A stretch of 64,000 nucleotides of DNA from an uncultured Pseudomonadota bacterium (GTDB taxonomy: Bacteria; Myxococcota_A; Polyangia; Fen-1088), in NCBI GenBank assembly GCA_963847705.1, contig CAWKBC010000027.1, positions 416,001 to 480,000 on the forward strand, read 5' to 3'. Positions within the stretch are counted from its first letter, which is position 1. The number at the start of each line of letters is the position of its first letter. Below the pieces are notes generated by a model. It ran no database searches, had not been told where the DNA came from, and saw only the letters and a list, made by a program, of their open reading frames with translations. The translations under genes were made by a program, and so were the position numbers. This document shows, in pieces, positions 27,003 to 37,389 of the stretch.

Positions 27003-27974
27003 TCAGGCCGCGCCGAACTGCGTCTCGAACGCTTCGGTGAATTTGTGGAGATCCTCGTTTGGCAGGTGGTTGATGCCGGCCGCCGTGCGGCGTCCGCCAC
27101 CCGTCGGGAAGGTGCGGCAGAACGCCTCCGCCGAGACGGATGAGTCGCGCGGCACGCGCACCGAGACCAGGTAGCCGCCGCTGGTCTTCGGCGAGACGAT
27201 CGCGACGGCGTCGCCGGCGTACGCGCGGGCGAGGTCATTGGCCAGCGTCCCGCTGGCTCGCCGCGCCCAGGCGGCGTCGGGGAGCGTGAAGCAGACGGCG
27301 CCCTTGGTCCGGCGCGCCGGCTCGAGGCGGCGCGCCAGCTCCATGTCATGGCGAAACCCCTCGGCCAGGCGGCGGCAGGCGGCCGACTGTTCGGCAAACG
27401 CGAGCGGATCGGCAAACGGCGCCATCTCGGCCGCCAGATCGGCGGGCAGGACGTGCAAGTCCTCGAGCGTCTCGCCGTAGGCGTTGTAGTTGATGGCGAC
27501 GCCGAGCTCCTTCAGGCGCTCGGTGGCCGCGGCGTCGAGCCCGGGGTCTGCCGCTGCCAATGCTCGGGCCTCGTCGCCCAGGCTGTCGCCGAAGAGGCCG
27601 ACGATCGCCCAGCGCCGAAACCTCCCCGTGAGGGCGCGGTCGACGAGGAGGCTGGTGCAGACGTTGGGGCTGAGGTCGAGGTGTGCCTCCAGCCCCGGGT
27701 GCTTGGGGACCTCGCCGGTGAAGTGATGGTCGAAGTAGCGGACCTGCACCCCCGCCTCGAGGAGCGCGACGAGCGCGGCCCGGTTCACGTCGAGCGAGAT
27801 GTCGAGGACGGTGCAACGATCCCCCGGCTGCGCGGCGCCGGTCACCCGCGCCAGCAGCGCGATGTCACGCTTGACGCCGGTGACCAGTGTTCCGGGGGGC
27901 GCCCCGTCGAGACGCAGCTGCTGAAGCGCGCAGAGACCGTCGGCGTCACCGTTGAAGACGTAGCTGTGATTCAA
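27003..27974 (-). CDS. DHH-family phosphoesterase, candidate 3'-phosphoadenosine-5'-phosphate phosphatase
   Basis: [23 protein letters not shown]. Overlaps the stop of the upstream cysC fusion (ATGA-type coupling). Confidence 0.8.
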   Translation of the reverse strand: MNHSYVFNGDADGLCALQQLRLDGAPPGTLVTGVKRDIALLARVTGAAQPGDRCTVLDISLDVNRAALVALLEAGVQVRYFDHHFTGEVPKHPGLEAHLDLSPNVCTSLLVDRALTGRFRRWAIVGLFGDSLGDEARALAAADPGLDAAATERLKELGVAINYNAYGETLEDLHVLPADLAAEMAPFADPLAFAEQSAACRRLAEGFRHDMELARRLEPARRTKGAVCFTLPDAAWARRASGTLANDLARAYAGDAVAIVSPKTSGGYLVSVRVPRDSSVSAEAFCRTFPTGGGRRTAAGINHLPNEDLHKFTEAFETQFGAA

Positions 27975-30073
27975 GACAGAACCCCTCTCGTTTGTAGAAA
28001 CGCCACGATCGCCACGGCCGCCTCCTCGGGTGAAGTGACGGTGGTGTCGATCCTCAACTCCGGATTCTCCGGCCCCTCGTAAGGGGAGTCGATGCCGGTG
28101 AAGTTCTTGAGGTCGCCGCGCCGCGCCTTCTTGTAGAGGCCCTTCGGGTCCCGCTGCTCGGCCACGGCGAGCGGCGCGTCGATGAAGATCTCGATGAACT
28201 CCCCCTCACCGACCAGCGCGCGCGCCATCATCCGCTCCGCGCGAAACGGGGAGATGAACGCCGTCCCGACGATCAGGCCGGCGTCGACCATCAACCTGGC
28301 CACCTCGCCGATCCGCCGGATGTTCTCCACCCGATCGACGTCGGTGAACCCCAGGTCCTTGTTGAGCCCGTGTCGGACGTTGTCACCGTCGAGCAGGTAG
28401 GTGTGCCGCTTCAGGCTGTGCAGCTTCTTGTCGACCAGGTTGGCGATGGTCGACTTTCCGGCCCCCGAAAGGCCGGTGTACCAGAGGACGCAGGCCCGCT
28501 GCTGCTTGAGCGCCGCCCGGGCGTTCTTGTTCACCTCCAGCGCCTGCCAGTGGACGTTCTGGGCGCGCCGCAGGGCGAAGTGCAGCATCCCGGCGCCCAC
28601 CGTCTCGTTGGAGAGTCGGTCGATGATGAGGAAGCCGCCGGTGTCGTGGTTCACCTCGTACGGATCGAACGCCACGTCGCGGTCGACGTGGACGTTGCAG
28701 ACGCCGATCTCGTTCATCCCCAGGGTCGTGCCGGCCAGCCGCCCCAGCGTGTCCACGTCGAGCTTGTGCTTGAGGGGGGCGAGCGAGCCGGTGACCAGCT
28801 GGGCGCCGACCTTCACGAAGTAGTCGCGGCCGCGCAAGAGCGGGGAGGGGTTCATCCAGACCACGGTCGCCTCGAACTGATCGGAGCTCTCGGCGGGCTC
28901 GGCGGACGCCACCAGGAGATCGCCCCGCGCAAGCTCGACCGCGTCGGCCAGCGCGACTGTGACCGACTGCCCGGCGGAGGCCTCGGGCAGATCTCCCTGC
29001 GGGGTGGCCAGCCGGGTGACGCGGCTGAGCTGTCCCGAGGGCTGAACACGAACGGCGTCGCCCACCCGGACCCGACCGGCGACGATCGTCCCGGCGAACC
29101 CATGGAGCTGGGCGCGCGGCCCGAGCACCCATTGCACTGGCAGACGCAGCGGCCGGGCGATGAGGTCTGCGTCGCCGGTCTCGGCGGCCTCGAGCAGACC
29201 GAGCAGCGTCGCTCCCGCATACCAAGGGGTGGCGCCGCCGCGCGCGAGGACATTGTCTCCGGTGGCCGCCGAGACCGGCACACAGGCGACCGGCGGCAGC
29301 TTCAACCCGGCGGAGAACTCTCGGTACTCGTCGACGACGCGCGCGAACGCCGCCTCGCTCTGGCCGGCGAGGTCGATCTTGTTGACCGCCAGGACCAGCT
29401 GACGGACGCCCAGCACGGAGAGGAGCACCAGGTCGCGCCGGACCGTCGTCGACAGCCCCTGGTGAACGTCGACCACCACGACGCTGAGATCGGCGCTGGC
29501 GGCGGCGGTCAGCACGCCGCGTGGATCGCGATCCTGACCGGGCACGTCGTCGACGATGAAGTCGTGCCTGGCGGGCCCGCTGGCCGCCCGCGCACGGGCC
29601 AGCGGTGCGCCCGCCGCAGGCGAGAGCAGCGCGGCCAGGGCGCTCTTGCCGCTGCCGGTGCCACCGCAGAGGTGAAAGCGCAGGGCAGATCGCCCAGCGA
29701 CGCCGGCGAGGCAGTCGCGGAGGTCGGCCTCGGTCCAGCCGGCGAACGGGAAGAGGCGCACGGTCTCGCCCCGGCGTTTGATGGCATGCCCGAGGCGCCA
29801 GATGGGGGCCGGCTGGTTCGGGGCGCCCGTCGGGCGCGCGCCGTCGATCACGAGATCGAAACCCCGCTTGGCCGACGCCGCGGCCAGCGCCTCACGGGCC
29901 ACGATGGGGAAGGGCGGCTCGAGCGGGTAGAACGCGCGACCCGCCAGCCGCCCGAGCGCCGTGCTCTCCGCATCGTCGGCGCGGACCATCACCGGCCGCT
30001 TGGCCTCGGCGACCGCTTCCCATAGCAGCCGAATCGCGGCGCCTTCCAAGCGCTCTGGACGGGAGGTGCTCAT
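27971..30073 (-). CDS. cysC: Adenylyl-sulfate kinase fused to eroded CysD and CysN domains
   Basis: The C-terminal kinase is canonical: [50 protein letters not shown]. The N-terminus has CysD-like and CysN-like remnants. Confidence 0.9.
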   Translation of the reverse strand: MSTSRPERLEGAAIRLLWEAVAEAKRPVMVRADDAESTALGRLAGRAFYPLEPPFPIVAREALAAASAKRGFDLVIDGARPTGAPNQPAPIWRLGHAIKRRGETVRLFPFAGWTEADLRDCLAGVAGRSALRFHLCGGTGSGKSALAALLSPAAGAPLARARAASGPARHDFIVDDVPGQDRDPRGVLTAAASADLSVVVVDVHQGLSTTVRRDLVLLSVLGVRQLVLAVNKIDLAGQSEAAFARVVDEYREFSAGLKLPPVACVPVSAATGDNVLARGGATPWYAGATLLGLLEAAETGDADLIARPLRLPVQWVLGPRAQLHGFAGTIVAGRVRVGDAVRVQPSGQLSRVTRLATPQGDLPEASAGQSVTVALADAVELARGDLLVASAEPAESSDQFEATVVWMNPSPLLRGRDYFVKVGAQLVTGSLAPLKHKLDVDTLGRLAGTTLGMNEIGVCNVHVDRDVAFDPYEVNHDTGGFLIIDRLSNETVGAGMLHFALRRAQNVHWQALEVNKNARAALKQQRACVLWYTGLSGAGKSTIANLVDKKLHSLKRHTYLLDGDNVRHGLNKDLGFTDVDRVENIRRIGEVARLMVDAGLIVGTAFISPFRAERMMARALVGEGEFIEIFIDAPLAVAEQRDPKGLYKKARRGDLKNFTGIDSPYEGPENPELRIDTTVTSPEEAAVAIVAFLQTRGVLS

Positions 30074-30225
30074 CGTCGACGCAGGCGCCAGGCTCGAAAC
30101 GAGCGAAGCGGCTCGATGCTAGCGCGCGGCGCTGCGCCGGATCAATGGGCGATCGCGGGCATTCGTCGACGGGAACGCACGAACGCCCGGTTTTATTTCT
30201 GGAAGGCTGCTCAGCTTCTGGATCG

Positions 30226-30813
30226 CTACCAGCCGCCGCCCGCGGGCTTGGCGGGCGCAGCAGGGGCAGCCGCCGGAGCAGGGGCGGCCGCCGCGGCTCC
30301 CTCCGAGGTGTGACAGCCGTAGCAGCCGAACCCCTTCGGGTTGGTGGGCGTCCACTCGTCGACGTTCAGGAGGTTCGCCATGGCGGGCTTCACCTGCGTG
30401 CCCATGAACTTCGCGGCTTCGGGCTTCTTCTGCATCAGCGCCATGAACCCCTGGCGATCGGTCGGCGCCGGCAGCTTGGGGAGCTCGGCGTTCGGCATCT
30501 TGAACTTGTTCTCGACGGCCTTCTCACCGTGGCAGGTCAGGCAGGTCATGCTCTTGTACTTCTTGTCGAAGCCGACGAAGAGCTTCTTCATCTCGGGGAG
30601 CACGGTGGCCTTCATGTATTTCTTGCGCTGGCCCTCGTTCATCTTCTCCCAGTCGATCTTGGCGCGGGCGGGGAGCTTGGGCGCCGTGGTGGCGTCGATG
30701 GCCGGCTTGCCGGGCGCGGCGGCCGGCTGATCGGCGGCGGCACCCACGCCGACGAAGGAGAAGAGTCCCAAAGAAAGACCGAGGAGCGGAGCGAGCATCG
30801 TCTTCGTCGTCAT
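30226..30813 (-). CDS. Secreted diheme c-type cytochrome
   Basis: Signal peptide and two CxxCH motifs (CLTCH, CYGCH). Confidence 0.75.
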   Translation of the reverse strand: MTTKTMLAPLLGLSLGLFSFVGVGAAADQPAAAPGKPAIDATTAPKLPARAKIDWEKMNEGQRKKYMKATVLPEMKKLFVGFDKKYKSMTCLTCHGEKAVENKFKMPNAELPKLPAPTDRQGFMALMQKKPEAAKFMGTQVKPAMANLLNVDEWTPTNPKGFGCYGCHTSEGAAAAAPAPAAAPAAPAKPAGGGW

Positions 30814-30904
30814 GGCAGTCCTTTCCGGTTGAGCTGCTAGTGATGCGCCCGATCTCGGTCAGTTACAAGTTTCCCGTCGGCCTCGCCGGCCACCCCTGCC
30901 GGCT

Positions 30905-32062
30905 TCAGCGCGACCTCACATCAAGGAAACTGGGGGCCTCGCGCTTCGCACCGAAGTCCACGCTCTGCAGCTCGACGGTCACCCGGGTGATGCGCTTCAA
31001 GGGATAGATGATGCGGCCCTTGGCGAGATCGAGCCCCACCGACGGGAGCGGCGGCATTCGGAAGGCGCTGACGGCGACCCGATAGCAGGCCAGCGCCGGC
31101 TGAACGTCGGGCGTCACCGGCCGCGCATCCCCCGCCGACTTGAACGCCTCGACCGCCAGACGATCGAGCGCGGCGTTCCCCGACGATCGGCGCAGCGTCG
31201 CCACCACGGCATGATTTGGCGCGACGCCCAGGCAAATTTCAGCGGACCGTTGCTCGGCGCCTGATTCCGCCTGATGGGCCGCCTCGTTGTACCCTCCGAG
31301 CACATCGGGGCGAGGGCTCCCCGGCGTTTCTTCCGGCGTTTCTCCCGTCGTTTCTTGGGGCCCCGGCGGCGGCGCGAACCGGCCGCTGTGTGCTTCTTCG
31401 ACGCCCCGCAGGTATCCGCGTGCCCATCCTTTCGTCGTCTCGGCAGCGCCGAGCGGGAGCGACTCGGCAATGTGCGTCGCCTCGGGCGTCAGACGATCGC
31501 GCGCGTCGCGGAGAACGTCGAAGAGCAGGGGGTGTGCGCGGCCCGCCCGGACGTTCGCCACCGCTTCGGCGCGGCGGTCGGCCTCGGCGCGCAGCTCGGC
31601 GAGAGGCTTGCGTCTCGCGGGCAGCGCCGGGCCCTCGGGCGCTGGAGCGAGAAGTTTCTCCAGGGCCTCCTCGTCGGCGGGTCTGGCGGTGGCGCGCCGC
31701 TTGGCGTTGTCGCCGAGCGCGTCGAACGACAAATCGACCGGGCGGTCGGGTAACGAAGGACCCTCGACCGGTTTCGGGGAGGTCGCTGGTGGCGCCACCG
31801 GTTCAGCCCTCTCGATGGGCCGCTTGCCCGGCGCACGCCGTCGCAGCGGCGGCGACGGCCATACCTCGGCGCGAGCCAGCGGCGAGCAATCCTGGTGCGC
31901 CGTCTCCACGAGGGAGAGCTCGATCGGCGTCGGCGGGCGCTCGACGCGGCGCTCGGGGCGACCTCCGGTCACGCCGCGGAGCACGATCAGCGCCACCAGG
32001 AGGTGCAGCCCGGCCGACGTCGCCAGCGCCGCCGCGGTTTTCCGTCGACGTTTCTCGGACAC
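30905..32062 (-). CDS. TonB-like protein (TM anchor, Pro-rich linker, TonB C-terminal-like domain)
   Basis: SAGLHLLV (SxxxH) TM motif, Pro-rich segment, RRSSGNAALDRLAVEA. Confidence 0.6.
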   Translation of the reverse strand: MSEKRRRKTAAALATSAGLHLLVALIVLRGVTGGRPERRVERPPTPIELSLVETAHQDCSPLARAEVWPSPPLRRRAPGKRPIERAEPVAPPATSPKPVEGPSLPDRPVDLSFDALGDNAKRRATARPADEEALEKLLAPAPEGPALPARRKPLAELRAEADRRAEAVANVRAGRAHPLLFDVLRDARDRLTPEATHIAESLPLGAAETTKGWARGYLRGVEEAHSGRFAPPPGPQETTGETPEETPGSPRPDVLGGYNEAAHQAESGAEQRSAEICLGVAPNHAVVATLRRSSGNAALDRLAVEAFKSAGDARPVTPDVQPALACYRVAVSAFRMPPLPSVGLDLAKGRIIYPLKRITRVTVELQSVDFGAKREAPSFLDVRSR

Positions 32063-32132
32063 CTGCCACCCGTTCGTCTGGTCCGACCAACGAGGGGTGG
32101 CGTCAGGTTGCTCGGCCTCGGATCGCTCGGCC

Positions 32133-32945
32133 TCAGAGCGCTTGGCGGGTCAGTTCCTCGATCAGTGAGGGCAGGATCGCCGAGGCGCTTCCGCGAAGAA
32201 ACTGGCCCCGCGCGGTCTGCTCGGCCAGCGCCGAGAAGACCGTTGGCTCGGGATCGACGACGACCAAGGGGACCCCGCGCGCCGCGACCATCTCGCACAT
32301 ACGCGTGGGGAGCGTCGTCGCGCCGCTGGTTCCCACCACGATCAGCGCTGCCGCCGTCTCGGCCGCGCGCAGCGCCGAGACGTAGCGATAGCGTGGCTCG
32401 TCGTACGACTCGTCGAACCACAGGACATGCGGGCGCAGCCAGTCGCCGCAGTCGCAGCGGAGCGCGGCCAGCTCGGCGTCGGCCAGCGACCTCTCCTTGG
32501 GCCAGTCGACGGCGAGCGCGGCCGGCAGCGGCCGAATGGCCGGCGGACAGCCGTGGCTGCAGCGGCAGAAGTCGAGGTTGCCGTGAATTTGAAAGGTCCG
32601 CTCGGGCGAGTTGCCGGCCCGCAGGTGCAGGCCATCGACGTTCTGGGTGACCAGCAGGAACCGTTCGCCGAGGCGCTGTTCGAGGGCGACCAGCGCCAGG
32701 TGCCCGACGTTGGGCGCCGCGGCCCGACAGACCCCGCGGCGAAACAGATACCAGCGCCAGACCTCCTCGGGCATGGAGGCGAACGCCGTCGCGGTGGCCA
32801 TCTCCGTGGGCTGATAGTTGCGCGAGCCGACCCGCCAGTAGCCCTCGGCGCCGCGAAAGGTGGGGATGCCGCTCTCGGCGGAGATCCCGGCGCCGGTCAG
32901 AACGACGACCGGGCCTTGGCCGGCAATCTCCCGGGAGGCCAGCAT
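32133..32945 (-). CDS. cobB: Sir2-family NAD-dependent protein deacylase
   Basis: LTGAGISAESGIPTFRG, TQNVDGLH, IHGN, LRPHVLWFDE, VGTSG. Confidence 0.9.
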   Translation of the reverse strand: MLASREIAGQGPVVVLTGAGISAESGIPTFRGAEGYWRVGSRNYQPTEMATATAFASMPEEVWRWYLFRRGVCRAAAPNVGHLALVALEQRLGERFLLVTQNVDGLHLRAGNSPERTFQIHGNLDFCRCSHGCPPAIRPLPAALAVDWPKERSLADAELAALRCDCGDWLRPHVLWFDESYDEPRYRYVSALRAAETAAALIVVGTSGATTLPTRMCEMVAARGVPLVVVDPEPTVFSALAEQTARGQFLRGSASAILPSLIEELTRQAL

Positions 32946-34225
32946 CAGCCGCCACCTTCGGGCCGCGACGACCGTCCCGAGATGATGCGCGCGCTGTGGC
33001 TCGAGACGACGTAGGCCCAGATCCAGTCCAGGAAGACCACCAGGCGGTTGCGAAAGCCGACCAGGTACCAGAGGTGGACGACGACCCAGGAGAGCCAGGC
33101 GAGGAAGCCCGTCATCCGCAGGCGACCGAGCTGGGCGACGGCGCGCGCCTTGCCGATGGTCGCCATGAACCCCTTGTCGAAGTAACGAAACGGCTGGGGT
33201 GGCATGCCTGATTTCGCGCGCAGGATGTTGCGGGCGGCGGCGTGCCCCTCTTGAATGGCGACCGGGCTGATGCCGGGGAGAGGCGCCGAGGCGCCCGCCG
33301 GGGTGAGCGCCGCCATGTCCCCGATGACGAAGACCTCGCGGTGGTCGGGGACGGTGCAGTCGGGCTCGACGACAACGCGCCCCGCGCGATCGCGCGCGGC
33401 TCCCAGCGCCGCGGCGAGCGGATTGGGACGTACACCGGCGGCCCAGAGGACGGTCCGGCAGTGGATCACCTCGCCGCCCACCAGGACGCCGTCGTTGTCG
33501 ATGCGCTCGACGCGCACACCGAGGCGGACGTCGACCTTCAGCTCTTCGAGTTGCAGGCGTGCGCTCTCCGACAGCTTGGGCGAGAAGGGCGTCAGGATGC
33601 GATCGGCCATCTCTACCAGCACCACGCGGGTCTCGGAGGGCTTCACCCGACGAAAGTCCTGGTGCAGGATCTCGCGCGTGAGATCGGCGATCGCGCCGGC
33701 CAGCTCGACCCCGGTCGGGCCGCCGCCCACCACCACGAAGGTGAGCAGGCGCCGCTTCTCCTCGGGATCGTCGGTGCGCTCGGCGGCCTCCAGCGCCGAC
33801 AGCACACGCCGCCGCACCTCGAACGCGTCCTCGAGATCCTTGAGACCCGGGGCCACCGGGGCCCAGTCGTCGTGTCCGAAGTAGCTGGTCTCGGCGCCGG
33901 CGGCGACGATCAGATAGTCGTAGGCCAGCTCGATGCCGTCGGCGAGGCGAACCCGTCGCCGAGGCAGATCGATCTGGCGGACCTCGTCCAGCAGCACCTC
34001 GATGTTGGTGTGATGGCGGAGGATCCGGCGAATCGGGTAGGCCACGTCGGTCGCCGACAGCGCCGCCAGCGCGACCTGATACAGCAGCGGCTGGAACAGG
34101 TGATAGTTCAGCCGATCCACCACCGTCACCGCCAGGTCGGTCCCCCCCAGCGCCTGCGCAGCGGCCAGGCCGCCGAACCCGGCGCCGATGATCACCACCT
34201 TCGGTCTGCCTGCCGCGTCGCCCAT
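32945..34225 (-). CDS. ndh: Type II NADH dehydrogenase
   Basis: IIGAGFGG, HLFQPLLYQVA, VVGGGPTGVELAG, WAAGV, FVIGD, Y.DKG.MATIG. Confidence 0.92.
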   Translation of the reverse strand: MGDAAGRPKVVIIGAGFGGLAAAQALGGTDLAVTVVDRLNYHLFQPLLYQVALAALSATDVAYPIRRILRHHTNIEVLLDEVRQIDLPRRRVRLADGIELAYDYLIVAAGAETSYFGHDDWAPVAPGLKDLEDAFEVRRRVLSALEAAERTDDPEEKRRLLTFVVVGGGPTGVELAGAIADLTREILHQDFRRVKPSETRVVLVEMADRILTPFSPKLSESARLQLEELKVDVRLGVRVERIDNDGVLVGGEVIHCRTVLWAAGVRPNPLAAALGAARDRAGRVVVEPDCTVPDHREVFVIGDMAALTPAGASAPLPGISPVAIQEGHAAARNILRAKSGMPPQPFRYFDKGFMATIGKARAVAQLGRLRMTGFLAWLSWVVVHLWYLVGFRNRLVVFLDWIWAYVVSSHSARIISGRSSRPEGGG

Positions 34226-34290
34226 GTTCGTGACCCTAGCAGGCGCGGGACGAGGGATCGAACATCGCCCGAACGCGGTAACATCGAGCG

Positions 34291-35028
34291 GTGACGATGG
34301 TCGTGACCGCCGCCGCGCCCCCCTTGGCCCCGCGTCCGTTTCGGCTTCGCGCCATCGACGCGGTGAGCGTGTTCCTGCTGCTGTTCGGCGGCATCTGGGC
34401 GGTCGTCGACGTCCCGGTGGTCATCGGTCTCAGTGTCGCGGGGGGGCCGTTCTGGAACGATCTGCTCCTCGACCGGCGCGGTATCGTTGTCGTCGCGACG
34501 CTCGATTCGGTCCAGCGGACGCAGACCCGGGTCAACGGCCGTTACGTCAATCGCGTCGCCTGCACGTTCTCCGACGCCGCCGGAAGGACGCATTCGACCT
34601 CGGCGCTCACCACCGACGGCGCGGTCATCGGGGCGCGGCCGACGACGCCAATCCTGATCGAGTACGACCCGCAATCTCCGGCCCGCGCGCGGATCCAGGG
34701 AGAGCGCGCCTCCGTGCTCGGCGCCCTCATCTTCATTCCCCTCGGGATGGGCCTCTCGGGGGTGGTCCTGTTTGCGCTCGGCCTCCGTCGGGTCCGAGCG
34801 CTTCGCGAGATCTACGTGCACGGTCAGGCGGTGCAGGCGACCGTCACTGCGGTGGCGACGACGCTGATGCGGGTCAACGGCCAGCGGGTGATGCGCGTCG
34901 ACTACAGCTTCGACACGATCACGGGGACGATGCGCGGGCGCACCTCGACGCGCCGGCCACCTCCCGTCGGCGCGTCGCTCTGGGTCCTCTACGACGCCTC
35001 CGATCCCCGGCGCAGCGTCGCCGCGTAG
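34291..35028 (+). CDS. Membrane protein with two DUF3592-like OB domains
   Basis: Two TM + beta units, ending in IEYDPQSP and VLYDASDP. Confidence 0.6.
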   Translation: MTMVVTAAAPPLAPRPFRLRAIDAVSVFLLLFGGIWAVVDVPVVIGLSVAGGPFWNDLLLDRRGIVVVATLDSVQRTQTRVNGRYVNRVACTFSDAAGRTHSTSALTTDGAVIGARPTTPILIEYDPQSPARARIQGERASVLGALIFIPLGMGLSGVVLFALGLRRVRALREIYVHGQAVQATVTAVATTLMRVNGQRVMRVDYSFDTITGTMRGRTSTRRPPPVGASLWVLYDASDPRRSVAA

Positions 35029-35117
35029 CTCGGCCTCGCCGCGCAGAGAGTGCGCCGCTTCCCGATTGACCTGGCAATCCCTTGCCCGCCCGTGCGCGGG
35101 CGCCAGCTTGGGATAAG

Positions 35118-35846
35118 ATGAAGGTCTGGCTCGTCGGTCTGGTCTGGTTGTGCCTCTCGGTGGTGGCTGGACGAGCGCATGCCGATCCGGGTGATGTCGG
35201 GTACGACGGGTCGACCTCATCCGCCGCCACCGTCACCGTTGCACCGCCCGCTCCGCCGGAGGTGCGAAGGATGGGCTGGTTCGGGATCGGCGCCCGCGTC
35301 GGGATCACCCAGCTGCGGCTGACGGCCCCGGCCAGCGTCGTCAACGACCTCAACGAGATCAGCGGGACCTCGACCGGTGTCGACCAGTTCGCGCTGCGGT
35401 CGAACGTCACCACCGTCACCCCGACGCTTCACCTGGGCGGCAACGGATACTTCTTCAAGCTGGACCTCCCCATCAGCTTCGGGTCGAGCTTCACGATGAT
35501 CGGTCTTGGCATCTACCCCATCAACTACGGGATCTATGTCGCTCAGCTGGCGATGTTTCCGTATCTGTCGTTGGGCGCCGTGGGCAGCGAATTGACCTCA
35601 CACGAGACCTCGGACCCGGGAACCTCCCACAAGCTGATCGGCGGCGTGTTCCAGGCACGCCTGGCGGCGGGATTGAAGTTCTTCCCGCTGCACGGCCTCG
35701 CCCTCTCCGGCGAATTTGGTTACTCGCCCTGGACGGCGGGCGTCGCCGCGCTGCCGCCGGACTCCGGCTCGGGCTCCAGCGCCACGCACTTCGAAGGGGG
35801 CTTCGGCTCCGTCCTCGACTTCAGCTTCGGCGCCGAGTGGCTGTGA
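35118..35846 (+). CDS. Putative small outer membrane beta-barrel protein
   Basis: Signal peptide (AHA), amphipathic strands, C-terminal FSFGAEWL. Confidence 0.55.
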   Translation: MKVWLVGLVWLCLSVVAGRAHADPGDVGYDGSTSSAATVTVAPPAPPEVRRMGWFGIGARVGITQLRLTAPASVVNDLNEISGTSTGVDQFALRSNVTTVTPTLHLGGNGYFFKLDLPISFGSSFTMIGLGIYPINYGIYVAQLAMFPYLSLGAVGSELTSHETSDPGTSHKLIGGVFQARLAAGLKFFPLHGLALSGEFGYSPWTAGVAALPPDSGSGSSATHFEGGFGSVLDFSFGAEWL

Positions 35847-35955
35847 GTCGGTGCTCGCGTTCGCACCGGCTCGCCCTTGGTCGAGGATCGCCGAGCCCGC
35901 CGCCAGGTGGTTGCGCCGGGAGCGCTCGGGCTTAGCTTTCCGCAGGGGATCGCGG

Positions 35956-37389
35956 GTGGCCGATGAGCGCTGGATCGAGACCGACGTCCCCGCCCGACTC
36001 GATCGTCTCCCCTGGAGCGGCTGGCACACCCTGGTCGTCACGGCGCTCGGGATCACCTGGCTGCTCGACGGCCTGGAGAGCAACCTCGCCGGGACGCTGG
36101 CGGGCGTGCTCAAACGCCCGGACACACTCGGCCTCTCCGATGCCCAGCTCGGCCTCTCCGGAAGCATCTACCTCTTCGGATCGGTGGCCGGCGCCCTGGT
36201 GTTCGGCTACGCGACCGATCGGCTCGGTCGGAAGCGCCTTTTCAGCATCACGCTCCTGCTCTACCTCACCGCGACGGCGGCCACCGCCTTCTCCTGGAGC
36301 TTCGCCAGCTTCAGCCTCTTCCGCGCGCTGACCGGCGCCGGGATCGGCGGCGAATACGCCGCCATCAATTCGGCGGTCGACGAGCTGATCCCGGGACGGG
36401 TGCGCGGTCACGTCGATCTCGGCATCAACGCCAGCTTCTGGCTGGGAGCGGCCCTCGGTGCGGGCGTTTCGGTGCTGCTGTTGAACACGACCTGGATTCC
36501 GCAGACGTATTCCTGGCGCTTCGCCTTCGGCCTCGGCGCCGCCATCGGCGCCGCGGTGCTGGTCCTGCGGCGCCATGTCCCCGAGAGCCCGCGGTGGCTC
36601 ATGGTCCATGGCGATCCGGCCGAGGCGGAGCGGATCGTGGCCGGCGTCGAGCGCGCCGTCGCCGGCGATCCGGCCCGGCTGCCGCCCGCCCTGGGGAAGC
36701 TCCGGATCCGGCGCCGCTCCCACGTCCCGTTCCGCGAGATCTGGCAGGCGATGGTGCATCAGCATCGCCGACGTTCCGTGCTCGGCTTCGTGCTGATGGT
36801 GACCCAGGCGTTCTTCTACAACGCCGTCCTCTTCACCTACGGGCTCGTGCTGCTGCGCTATTACCAGGTGCCGGCGGAGCACCTCGGCCTCTACCTGGTG
36901 CCCCTGGCACTGGGAAATTTCCTGGGACCGTTGCTGATGGGGAGGCTGTTCGACAGCGTGGGCCGGCGCCCGATGATCGCCGGAACGTACATCCTGTCGG
37001 GGCTCCTGCTGGCGATCACCAGCTGGCTGTTTCAGCGCGGGCTGCTCACCACCTTCACCCAGGCGCTCTCCTGGAGCGTGATCTTCTTCGTCGCCTCCTC
37101 CGCGGCCAGCTCCGCCTATCTCACGGTGAGCGAGATCTTTCCGCTCGAGATCCGCGCCCTCGCCATCGCGCTCTTCTACACCTGCGGAACGTTCGCCGGC
37201 GGCGTGCTCGGACCGGCGCTCTTCGGCTACCTGGTGGGAACGGGCGATCGCGTTCTCCTGGCGCGCGGCTACCTGGCCGGGGCCGCGGCCATGGTGGCGG
37301 GAGGCCTGGTGGAGGCGTTCATCGGCGTCGACGCCGCGCGGAAGCCGCTGGAGTCGATCGCCAACCCGCTCGGCAGCCAGGGCGACTGA
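35956..37389 (+). CDS. MFS transporter (sugar/aromatic acid type)
   Basis: DRLGRK, GIGGEY, ELIP...RG, PESPRW, DSVGRR, SEIFP. About 12 TM segments. Confidence 0.9.
   Translation: MADERWIETDVPARLDRLPWSGWHTLVVTALGITWLLDGLESNLAGTLAGVLKRPDTLGLSDAQLGLSGSIYLFGSVAGALVFGYATDRLGRKRLFSITLLLYLTATAATAFSWSFASFSLFRALTGAGIGGEYAAINSAVDELIPGRVRGHVDLGINASFWLGAALGAGVSVLLLNTTWIPQTYSWRFAFGLGAAIGAAVLVLRRHVPESPRWLMVHGDPAEAERIVAGVERAVAGDPARLPPALGKLRIRRRSHVPFREIWQAMVHQHRRRSVLGFVLMVTQAFFYNAVLFTYGLVLLRYYQVPAEHLGLYLVPLALGNFLGPLLMGRLFDSVGRRPMIAGTYILSGLLLAITSWLFQRGLLTTFTQALSWSVIFFVASSAASSAYLTVSEIFPLEIRALAIALFYTCGTFAGGVLGPALFGYLVGTGDRVLLARGYLAGAAAMVAGGLVEAFIGVDAARKPLESIANPLGSQGD

Noticed and set aside
32133-32945. Sir2 anti-phage defence effector
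   Set aside because: It is a CobB-type deacylase with Cys residues for a zinc site, next to ndh, with no defence partners.
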